A stretch of DNA of 64,000 nt from Anthoceros angustus (taxonomy: Eukaryota; Plantae; Anthocerotophyta). Position 1 is the stretch's first letter; each line of letters begins with the position of its first letter. A program made the translations under genes and the position numbers. Of the stretch, positions 35,275 to 47,269 are shown piece after piece. The notes under the pieces were generated by a model. The model searched no databases. It had not been told where the DNA came from and saw nothing but the letters and a program-made list of their open reading frames with translations. The stretch is taken from positions 518,663 to 582,662 of the forward strand of contig MU008195.1 in NCBI GenBank assembly GCA_010909165.1. The letters are read 5' to 3'.

Positions 35275-36707
35275 GAAATATTTTTTATGGTCCCTTTACG
35301 ATCTTGCTTATACGTGACTACAAAGCATTATTCTACAAGGATGCACATCGATTGCAATAATTATCTTATCGATTTACAACATATCCTCTTTGTTTTTAAT
35401 AAATTTAAGGCTTTATAAAATAAAAGTTACAAAGCGTGCCCAACACGTCCTTACTCGGTCTCTCAAGAGAATGTCCTTACTTAGATCGAATGGCGGAAGA
35501 ACCCAAGAGGCTCCAAGCTTTGATCGCATCTAGACATTACTTGACTAATTTGTCGTATCCATGGCCACGGTAGAGGGCTCCAAGCTCGATCGGATCTAGA
35601 TGTTAATGGACTAATTTATCGTATCCATGGCCATGGCATGCACTCTATCAAGAAGCGTCTTCTCCACTGACAACTAGAGTCGAAGTGTCTTCTCCACAGC
35701 ACTAGAGTCGAAGTGTCTTCTCCACATGACAGTGGAATCGAAGTGTCTTCTCCACAAAATTTGGAATCAGCTGCCTTCTCCACAGTGACTAGAGTCGAAG
35801 TGTCTTCTCCACATACTGGAATAATTCTTATTGCTAAAATATAGGACTTATTTGTTGTATCCATGGCCACAACACCTGCCGGGACTCGGGACTCTAGAGC
35901 CAGACTAGAGAGGCAAGGAAGTATCAGGTTTCATGGCTTGTGGAATGGTTTCATGGGGGCATTGATTCAAGATTTCATTATTCCTAGTCCAAGAGTTATA
36001 ATGGGCATATATCGTCCCTTTCCATGCATGCTTGCTTGTATGTGACCACGAAACATTATCTACGTGGATACACAAATTCTTCATATGTGACTTCCTTTCA
36101 AAGGTGATAATGTCTTGAACTTTTGGGAGATTTGACCATACATAAAGCTCATTGAGACTTTCAACCATATCTTTGACTCTATCTTCGTCAACTAAAACTT
36201 TTATTACTAATTAGCATCTCATCATGGTAGGGTCTAAAGTTGACTTCATAGAGGCAATAGAGAACAATGGATGTCACAAGATGTGGAAGTGATAATAATA
36301 TTTGATAAGCCATGATTTACGTATTTGGATCTCCATTCATAAATCCCCATATGTTAATGTGCAAAGTGTGAGTTTTTGGAACATACTTCCAATTTTGCCA
36401 TGCTTGACATTACTCATATACTTCATAATAATTTGTTCTTGTAAGTCAAGTGGAAGATTACAAGCAGTTCAAAAGACCCATAACTTTGTCTTGGATTGGC
36501 TTTTGTCCTAAGTCAAATGAAAGATAAAGAATAAGACTTTATCTTGGATTATTATGATTACGATCAACCAAATAAGCTCTATGAAAGGTTGGAATTATAG
36601 CCTTGAAGAGTGCACATCTATAGGTAATCACGATTACTTTTGAATACGATAATTAGCGAACCCATATACCACATATATAGCCTCTTTTTTCGATAAACTC
36701 GCTTTGT

Positions 36708-37820
36708 AAAATAAATCTCCACAAAGGGCCAAGTCACCTTTAGAGATAGTGCACATTGTGGACCCTTGTCTACACCCTCCTTTAGTGGTAGTAGATATTT
36801 TTGACCTTCACAGATGATTTCTCTCGTTTTGTCTTTTCCTACATCGAAAAACAAGAGTGATGCCTTTCACTTCTTCAAGGACTACATGAAATGGGGTGAG
36901 ACTTCTGGATCACAAACTCAAGACCTTACGTTCGACAATGGTGGAGAGTTTACATCTCAATTTGAGGATTTTGTCGATGAAGGTATAGCTCAACAACTTC
37001 TGATTGTCTACACTCCTCAACAAAATGGCGTGGAGAACAAGAATCTACGCCTCCAAGAGATCACAGTTGCTTATTGGTACAAGCTAAGTTATCTAAGGCT
37101 TATTGGTGAGGCCCTCCTAGAACCTATCTCATGAATCGATTGCCTACATCAGCAGTTCAAGGTATGACTCCATATGAAGCATTCATTGGCAAGAAGCCTT
37201 CTATTGACCACCTTGAATTTTTGGATCCCCATATGTTTTTATTCCCAAAGCATTGCGTAAGAAGTTGGATCCCAAAGCAAAGTACACTTTCATTGGCTAC
37301 ACGAAGGTATCAAAGGGTACAAATTGTTCAACCCTTCTACAAGGCAACTTTTATACGCCGAGTGTTACTTTTCATGAGTCTTACCTCTTTTCCCCAGTGG
37401 GAGCTGATAGGCTTGGTCCTCCTCTTGATGAGACCATTGACCCTTCTTATTTTTGATGATATCGATTATTTCACTCCATTTCCCATTCGCTTCTCGTTTC
37501 CTTTAGTTGAACCTATTATGCGGGAGGAGGAGTTAGCATCTATTCCACAACGGGCCTTTGATATGACGGCAGAGCGCCATTGACACTCATGATGATGAGT
37601 TTGATGACCCTCGGAGGATGACATTGTGGAGCAGATCACTGCGTTGATCCGCTCCTGGATGCACTGCACAAAGGTACAACCTTAGATCCCGACCTACTAT
37701 CTCGAGTCCTGCAGTTGGAAGGAACCTCCTTTAGGATACCTAGCTGTTTTGATGATCCTATACCCCTATATCACTTTATTCTCAAGCTGTCTACAAGGCA
37801 ACTATAGACCCGGAAGAACC
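36708..37820 (+). mobile_element. Displaced copy of copia integrase region
   Basis: Near-identical to ~48446-49556. Confidence 0.9.
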
Positions 37821-38925
37821 CAAGAGGCTCCAAGCTCGATCGGATTTGGCATTTGGACCGATTTATGTTCCACAGCCACGGCATACCGTCACTCCACAGA
37901 TAGCCCGCATGGATCACCTCCAACTCCTGTTCTTGGCGAATGTCTCGGGTCATGGATAGCATCGCGATCGTGTCGGAATTCTCCCTATGATGGAGTGTTG
38001 GCGGAGAAGGGGCCTAGCCACTTGGGATGGTCGGGGCCATACCGGATGCAGCAAGAAGGAGTTCTGATTGCAGTTAGCAAGATCCGGAAGAATTTTGAAC
38101 ACTTCTCCGTTTTCCTCCGACATGAACACAGTGAAATGGCGTGGAGATACTAGTAAGCTGCAGCCCCAAATTATCAATTGCATCTAATTTGTGAAGAGGC
38201 AAAAGAAACATTGTTCCTTGGGTCTCCAACCTATTTTCTACTCAAAATCTTAACTTGGTGCGGTAGAAACTTGTTGGTTTTGTTGCAGTGGTTTGGATGA
38301 CCTTGCCAATGGCTAGTAAGACCCTTGAAGCCCAATTTGAGCTTGTGTTGCAGCAAAGGTGACCTTGGATTTTGCTGCTGCAAGGTGACCTTGGATTTTT
38401 CTTTGCTGCGACGAGGTGACCTTGGATTTTTCTTGATGTTGCCATACGCGGACACCTTCATAAATCCTCATGACGGTCGGTTCCACTACTCCCGATGCCA
38501 ATTTGAAACACCCATGTGTAGCACTGGTGGCCACTGTTACTGAACTAGGATACAAGCAGTGAAGCCGCAATGTTGTGGGATGGGATTCCGTTGCCCTAAG
38601 GTTCGGGCGCGCCAAATACATGTAGTTTAGCCCCTTCCAACTCGCTAGTCGTTCGTGCCTATGGGAATTTCTTAGAACGTACTAATAGGTTTGCGGTCAA
38701 GGATCGGGAAGGCCTCCTCCATAAGCGCAGCGAGGATGAACACTCATTGCGGGCTTGAGGATCATAGTGGCATAGTTGTCATGTGTGCATGGACTCAAGA
38801 AGGGAGGAGTGCACTCCCGTCGAGACATGATCGGGCAAGTTAAGCCGCACTCAAGAATTCAACGAGGTCCTCAATAATCAGTGAAAATATGTGTAGCTTA
38901 GTAGGGTAATTTTCAGATTTATTCG

Positions 38926-39461
38926 ATTAAAAGAAAAGGAGATGGTTCTATAGAAAGGTATAAGGCACGCCTAGTAGCCGAGGCTTTACACAAATTCTGG
39001 TCTAGATTACATACCTTGGGCCACTTATGAGCCAAATTTGCCACACTTGAATGATATTTGCCTTATGTGCCCAACATGATCTTGAACTCCACATGATGGA
39101 TGTTAAGACAAGATATTTGTATGGGCGCTGCAAGAGGAAATATACATGAGACAACCCGAGGTTACTGAAGTCAAAGGCAAAGAAGATTGGGTATGCCGAC
39201 TCATCAAAGGTTTGTATGGCCTTAAGCGATCAGCAATTGGAACTTAACCATACATGTACAACTTATTGGGAGAGGATTTAAGCAAAGCCGGTGATGCTTG
39301 TATGTACATCCTAATATCCGCAATGATATATTTTATCTTCTACTTTATGTTGATGATGTTTTTATGGCAACAAACTCCCTTACTCTCCTAGCGAAACTAA
39401 AGCATGGCTTAGGACTCTATTTGAGATGTCCGATCTAGGAGAAATGACATATGCACTTGGT
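38926..39461 (+). mobile_element. Displaced copy of copia RT region
   Basis: Near-identical to ~49704-50236, including YVDD. Confidence 0.9.
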
Positions 39462-41321
39462 TCACTGGAACTCCACAGTCTTGAAAGCGTCCTTGGGACG
39501 GATCTGCTCGGGTGGGTGGCATCCATTCCTAGCTCCATGGCCTGGATTATAAATCATGCCCTTGTCGCCGTTGTTAGTGCCCTACGCCTACTCCATATCA
39601 AACATTAAACTTCCGGTCAGGGACTTGATGTACACTTTGAAATATCAATACCAAATTCTTTGCACTTTGAAATATCTATGTAAAGTCTCCAAATTCTCTA
39701 CACTTTGAAATATCTACATATAAAGTCTCCAAATTCTCTAACAAGATAAGCTTCGTATGATCTTCATACATGACATGTTTATCCATAAGGATGGAGCAAA
39801 AGGAAAAGCTTTTAGTAGATAACTTCACTTTCACCTTCCCATATGTACTACTAACCGTGCCATTCACAAATATGATAAGCAAGGCATTTTTGACCACGTC
39901 CAGATCCGCCCTCTTTTCGGGGGAGACGGTCTCGTTAAGTGCCGATCTAAAATAGGACCCAAGGACCACCGTCAATGAGCAGACTATACTAGACTTATGC
40001 CCGATGAATAGATGTTGATGCATTAGACATAAATTTCTTGATTCTATATGTTTCATTGAATATTTTAATATTACTATGTCCTCTTCCAAGCTTTGTAGCG
40101 AAAGTGGTATCAAAAGCAAAGTAAAATGATTCTTATCTATTTACAAAAAGGAAAATGATATGAGAAGCAAAGACAAAAGATGGAGCAGTGAGGGATGTCA
40201 CTCCATGAAGTCCAATGCCACCAATGGGTAAATGAAGTAATGTCGTTTCTCAAAATTTTTGAGGCGAGCCATGAAGTCACATAATACCACGAATGGGTAA
40301 ATGAAGTAATACATTTTCTCAATCGCTTGGAGACCTAAGCTACGTGAGGATTGTGTCTTAAGGGTTAAGTAAGTGTCTTTTCTTCTTCTTCTCGTTACGT
40401 ATCAAAGGTTGAGGTATTGGTTTTAATATTTCTTCCCAAGACATTGAGCCACTACGTAGCATTGGGAGGCTCAAGTGGAAGATCTTCCGTTAAAGTCTCA
40501 CTATCTTGAGCCATCATTTAATGGTAACTATCTCGGTTCGCCTTGAAATTCTTTGCTTAAAACATTTGATGGTGACTTCATCGTCCTCGCCTTAGAAATA
40601 TCTCGCTATCTTGAGCCAATCTTCGCCTATCTTAGACCATTTGATGGTAACTCTGGTTGCCTTGAAATTCTTTGCTTAAACTATTGGATGGTGACTCCAT
40701 TGCCCTCACCTTGGAAATATTTTTATGGTCCCTTTACGATCTTGCTTATACGTGACTACAAAGCATTATTCTACAAGGATGCACATCGATTGCAATAATT
40801 ATCTTATCGATTTACAACATATCCTCTTTTGTTTTAATAAATTTAAGGCTTTATAAAATAAAAGTTACAAACGTGCCCAACACGTCCTTACTCGTCTCTC
40901 AAGAGAATGTCCTTACAGCATTACTTAGATCGAATGGCGGAAGAACCCAAGAGGCTCCAAGCTTTGATCGCATCTAGACATTACTTGACTAATTTGTCGT
41001 ATCCATGGCCACGGTAGAGGCTCCAAGCTTTGATCGCATCTAGACATTACTTGACTAATTTATCGTATCCATGGCCATGGCATGCACTCTATCAAGAAGC
41101 GTCTTCTCCACAGCAACTAGAGTCGAAGTGTCTTCTCCACTGACGACTAGAGTCGAAGTGTCTTCTCCACAGTACTGGAATCGAAGTGTCTTCTCCACAA
41201 TGACAATTGGAATCGAAGTGTCTTCTCCACAGCAACTAGAGTCGAAGTGTCTTCTCCACAGTGGAATCGAAGTGTCTTCTCCATAGCAAGCAGTGGAATT
41301 AATATTGCTACGAATATATAG

Positions 41322-41506
41322 GACTTATTTTGAAGCTAGAGTAATTCTCTATCATCCTAGTTCATAAAGAGTGGGAGTGATGAAATAGGTCACTATTAGG
41401 GCACTCTTCACTAGGGCACCTAGAACTTAATGATTTATTTATTTGGATAGGGCATTAAGTAGTTTAGGTAGTTTTCTTTAGTTGGTTACTTAAATGGTTA
41501 TTTGTT
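41322..41506 (+). mobile_element. Displaced copia PPT plus first half of LTR
   Basis: AGAGTGGGAG|TGATGAAATAGG at 41368-41389; matches ~52475-52655. Confidence 0.85.
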
Positions 41507-43310
41507 GTATCCATGGCACTGCCAGACTCGGGACTCTAGAGCCAGTAGAGAGGCAAGGAAGTATCTGAGGTTTCATGGCATAGCTTGTGGAATGGTTTCA
41601 TGGGGGCATTCGATTCAAGATTTCATTATTCCTAGTCCAAGAGTTATAATGGGCATATATCGTCCCTTTCCATGCATGCTTGCTTGTATGTGACCACGAA
41701 ACATTATTCTACGGTGGATACACAAATTCTTCATATGTGACTTCCTTTTCAAAGGTGATAATGTCTTGAACTTTTGGGAGATTTGACCATACATAAAGCT
41801 CATTGAGACTTTCAACCATATCTTTGACTCTATCTTCGTCAACTAAAACTTTATTACTAATTAGCATCTCATCATGGTAGGGTCTAAAGTTGACTTCATA
41901 GAGGCAATAGAGAACAATGGATGTCACAAGATGTGGAAGTGATAATAATATTTTGATAAGCCATGATTTAGATTTGGATCTCCATTCATAAATCCCCATA
42001 TGTTAATGTGCAAAGTGTGAGTTTTTGGAACATACTTCCAATTTTGCCATGCTTGACATTACTCATATACTTCATAATAATTTGTTCTTGTAAGTCAAGT
42101 GGAAGATTACAAGCAGTTCAAAAGACCCATAACTTTGTCTTGGATTGGCTTTTGTCCTCGTAAGTCAAATGAAAGATAAAGAATAAGACTTTATCTTGGA
42201 TTATTATGATTCACGATCAACCAAATAAGCTCTATGAAAGGTTGGAATTATAGCCTTGAAGAGTGCAAACATCTATAGGTAATCACACGATTACTTTTGA
42301 ATACGATAATTAGCGAACCCATATACCACATATATAGCCTCTCTTTTTCGATAAACTCGCGCTTTGTAAAATAAATAGTTACAAATGTGCCGAGTCCTAT
42401 CTCGGTCTCAAGTCAACGTCCTCGAGGATTCCTCAAATCGAAGATGAGGAAGAACCCAAGAGGCTCCAAGCTCGATCGGATCTAGACGTTAATGGACTAA
42501 TTTATCGTATCCATGGCCACGCACGCGCATACATCGCTCCACAGATAGCCCGCAGTGGATCACCTCCAACTCCTGTTCTTGGCGAATGTCTCGGGTCCGG
42601 ATAGGCCCCCGCGATCGTAGTCGCCAGAATTCTCCCTTCGTATGATGGAGTGTTGGCGGAGAAGGGGCCACTTGGGATGGTCAGGCCATACGGATGCAGC
42701 AAGAAGGAGTTCTGATTAGCAAGATCCGAAGAATTTTGAACACTTCTCCGCCACTCGACATGAACACAACAATTGTGGGCGTGGAGATACTAGTAAGCTG
42801 CAGCCCCAAATTATCAATTGCATCTAATTTGTGAAGAGGCAAAAGAAACATTGTTCCTTGGGTCTCCAACCTATTTTCTCGCTCAAAATCTTAACTTGGG
42901 TGCGGTAGAAACTTGTTGGTTTTGTTGCGGCGGTGGTTTGGATGACCTTGCCAATGGCTAGTAAGACCCTTGAAGCCCAATTTGAGCTTGTGTTGCAGCA
43001 AAGGTGACCTTGGATTTTGCTCTTTGCAGCCAGGTGACCTTGGATTTTGCTGCGACCAAGGTGACCTTGGATTTTCTTCTTGCGACAAGGTGACCTTGGA
43101 TTTTCTTCTTCAGCCAAGGTGACCTTGGATTTTTTTGCCATAAAGGTGACCTTGGATTTTTCCTCAGGTGACCTTGGATTTTTTGAATAATGACCTTGGT
43201 TTTCACTGCCCAAGGTGACCTTGGATTTTCTGTTGCCAAGGTGACCTTGGATTTTCTTCATGCCAAGGTGACCTTGGATTTTGCTTATGTTGCCACGGAC
43301 ACCTTCATAA

Positions 43311-43535
43311 TGATGAAATAGGTCACTATTAGGGCACTCTTCACTAGGGCACCTAGAACTTAATGATTTATTTATTTGGATAGGGCTCTAGTTTGGGTAG
43401 TTTTCTTTAGTAGTTATTTAATTGGTTAGTTGTTACAACCACTTGGTTATAACCACTTGCTTCTATAAGGCATGTACTTTCTATTATGAATGTAATGCAA
43501 CACATATTGCTAGAGCTTGTGTATGATTCTCATCA
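43311..43535 (+). repeat. copia 5' LTR
   Basis: TGATGAAATAGG...GATTCTCATCA, immediately followed by the PBS. Confidence 0.9.
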
Positions 43536-43546
43536 TGGTATCGAGC
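43536..43546 (+). promoter_or_regulatory. Primer binding site, initiator tRNA-Met
   Basis: TGGTATCGAGC, versus canonical TGGTATCAGAGC. Confidence 0.85.
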
Positions 43547-45043
43547 ACACTTGCTCTTTTGTTTGCTGTGCATCCTCATGCATCTAAGTAGCTTATCTAG
43601 GAGACACTTTCTAATCTAGCATTTGCCTAGATGGATTGTGTTTATCCTAGAAAAAGCCCGTCAATTAGGGGTCAACGCTTTGACATGGGTGATATACTTC
43701 TTGTGGTCCTCCTTCAAGGAGTGGCATGCAGACTTCATGGGTGATATACTTCTTGTGGTCCTCCTTCAAGGAGTGGCATGCGAGACTTAGGTTCCAGAAC
43801 TCCACAGTCTTGAAAGCGTCCTTGGGACGGATCGGTACTGGTGGGTGGCATCCATTCCTAGCTCCATGGCTCTGTGGATTATAAATCATGCCCTTATGCA
43901 CTTGTTGTGTTAGTGCCCTGACCCTACTCCATATCAAACATTAAACTTCGATGCGGACTTGATGTACACTTTGAAATATCAATACCAAATTCTTTGCACT
44001 TTGAAATATCTATGTAAAGTCTCCAAATTCTCTACACTTTGAAATATCTACATATAAAGTCTCCAAATTCTCTAAAAGATAAGCTTGATGATCTTCATAC
44101 ATGACATGTTTATCCATAAGGATGGAGCAAAAGGAAAAGCTTTTAGTAGATAACTTCACTTTCACCTTCCCATATGTACTACTAACGGTGATACGAGCAA
44201 GGCATTTTTTGATCCACTGCCCTCTTTTCGGGGCCGGTCCTAGATTAATGCCGATCTAAAATAGGACCCAAGGACCACCTTTGGTCAATGAGCAGACTAT
44301 ACTAGAAGTTGCCGATGAATAGATGTTGATGCATTAGACATAAATTTCTTGATTCTATATGTTTCATTGAATATTTTAATTTCTAAACCGGATCAAGGAA
44401 GTTTATCAAGCTAGCTAGGCGTGATTTGCTAGAAGTTTTAGTCCAATTCACGTCAAGGCATTAGAATTAGCTCTCCAACATATCCCAATTTGAATCAGGT
44501 ATTAGTACTCCTTTATCTTCTAGTCGCAAGACAAAAGATGGGAAGTGAGGATGTCACTCCATGAAGTCCAATGATGCCACCAATGGGTAAATGAAGTGTC
44601 GTTTCTCAAATTTTTGGGCGGGAGCCATGAAGTCACATAATACCACGAATGGGTAAATGAAGTAATACATTTTCTCAATCGCTTGGAGAGCTACGTAGGA
44701 TTGTGTCTTAAGGGTTAAGTAAGTGTCTTTTCTTCTTCTTCATTACGTATCAAAAGGTTGAGGTATTGGTTTTATATTTTCTTCGGCATTGAGCCACTCG
44801 TAGCATTGGGAGGATCAAGTGGGAAGATCTTCGTTAAAGTCTCACTATCTTGAGCCATCATTTAATGGTAACTATCTCTGGTTCTTGAAATTCTTTGCTT
44901 AAAACATTTGATGGTGACTTCATCGTCCTCGCCTTAGAAATATCTCGCTATCTTGAGCCAATCTTCTGCCTATCTTAGACCATTTGATGGTAACTCGTGG
45001 TTCCTTGAAATTCTTTAAACTATTGGATGGTGACTCCATTGCC

Positions 45044-47269
45044 CTCACCTTGGAAATATTTTTTATGGTCCCTTCGATCTTGCTTATACGTGACTACAAA
45101 GCATTATTCTACAAGGATGCACATCGATTGCAATAATTATCTTATCGATTTACATACATATCCTCTTTTGTTTTAATAAATTTAAGGCTTTATAAAATAA
45201 AAGTTACAAACGTGCCCAACACGTCCTTACTCGGTCTCTCAAGAGAATGTCCTTACAACTTAGATCGAATGGCGGAAGAACCCAGAGGCTCCAAGCTTTG
45301 ATCGCATCTAGACATTACTTGACTAATTTGTCGTATCCATGGCCACGGTAGAGGGCTCCAAGCTTCGATCGGATCTAGACGCGTTAATGGACTAATTTAT
45401 CCATGGCCATGGCATGCACTCTATCAAGAGTCTTCTCCACGAGCGCTAGTCGAGCGTCTTCTCGGGAGTCGAAGTGTCTTCTCCTGACTAGAGTCGAGAA
45501 GTGTCTTCTCCACGGCGGTGGAATCACTGTCTTCTCCACATCTAGAATCGAGGCCTTCTCCACATACATGACAGGAATCGGAAGTGTCTTCTCCATAGCA
45601 ATGGAATTAATATTGCTCTGAAATATATAGGACTTATTTGTTGTATCCATGGCCACGACACGCTGCTTTACCGGGACTCGGGACTCTAGAGCGGTGACTA
45701 GAGAGGCAAGGTATCTGAGGTTTCATGGCATGGCTTGTGGAATGGTTTCATGGGGGCATTGTTGATTCAAGATTTCATTATTCCTAGTCCAAGAGTTATA
45801 ATGGGCATATATCGTCCCTTTCCATGCATGCTTGCTTGTATGTGACCACGAAACATTATTCTCTGATTGGATACACAAATTCTTCATATGTGACTTCCTT
45901 TTCAAAGGTGATGATGTCTTGAACTTTTGGGAGATTTGACCATACATAAAGCTCATTGAGAATGCGAGGAGCTTTCGGCAAAAGAGACCTTTGGGGCATC
46001 GTCGATGGATCAATTCCAAGGCCACACGCCCGATTTGAACGTGAACTTCAACCTTCCGGGACGCCGAGGCGAAGGCACAAGATTTATTGGTCGGTGGACT
46101 TTCTCAACATATGGTGAGACATGTCGCGCAAAGACCTCCAAGGATATGTGGACTCACCTTGGAAATATTTTTTATGGTCCCTTCGATCTTGCTTATACGT
46201 GACTACAAAGCATTATTCTACAAGGATGCACATCGATTGCAATAATTATCTTATCGATTTACATACATATCCTCTTTTGTTTTAATAAATTTAAGGCTTT
46301 ATAAAATAAAAGTTACAAACGTGCCCAACACGTCCTTACTCGGTCTCTCAAGAGAATGTCCTTACAACTTAGATCGAATGGCGGAAGAACCCAGAGGCTC
46401 CAAGCTTTGATCGCATCTAGACATTACTTGACTAATTTGTCGTATCCATGGCCACGGTAGAGGGCTCCAAGCTTCGATCGGATCTAGACGCGTTAATGGA
46501 CTAATTTATCCATGGCCATGGCATGCACTCTATCAAGAGTCTTCTCCACGAGCGCTAGTCGAGCGTCTTCTCGGGAGTCGAAGTGTCTTCTCCTGACTAG
46601 AGTCGAGAAGTGTCTTCTCCACGGCGGTGGAATCACTGTCTTCTCCACATCTAGAATCGAGGCCTTCTCCACATACATGACAGGAATCGGAAGTGTCTTC
46701 TCCATAGCAATGGAATTAATATTGCTCTGAAATATATAGGACTTATTTGTTGTATCCATGGCCACGACACGCTGCTTTACCGGGACTCGGGACTCTAGAG
46801 CGGTGACTAGAGAGGCAAGGTATCTGAGGTTTCATGGCATGGCTTGTGGAATGGTTTCATGGGGGCATTGTTGATTCAAGATTTCATTATTCCTAGTCCA
46901 AGAGTTATAATGGGCATATATCGTCCCTTTCCATGCATGCTTGCTTGTATGTGACCACGAAACATTATTCTACGATTGGATACACAAATTCTTCATATGT
47001 GACTTCCTTTTCAAAGGTGATGATGTCTTGAACTTTTGGGAGATTTGACCATACATAAAGCTCATTGAGAATGCGAGGAGCTTTCGGCAAAGAGACCTTT
47101 GGGGCATCGTCGATGGATCAATTCCAAGGCCACACGCCCGATTTGAACGTGAACTTCAACCTTCCGGGACGCCGAGGCGAAGGCACAAGATTTATTGGTC
47201 GGTGGACTTTCTCAACATATGGTGAGACATGTCGCGCAAAGACCTCCAAGGATATGTGGACTCACCTTG
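45044..47269. repeat. Near-exact 1109-bp tandem duplication (array sequence plus gag fragment)
   Basis: ORFs 45384..45656 and 46493..46765 are identical; both copies are bounded by CTCACCTTG. Confidence 0.92.
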
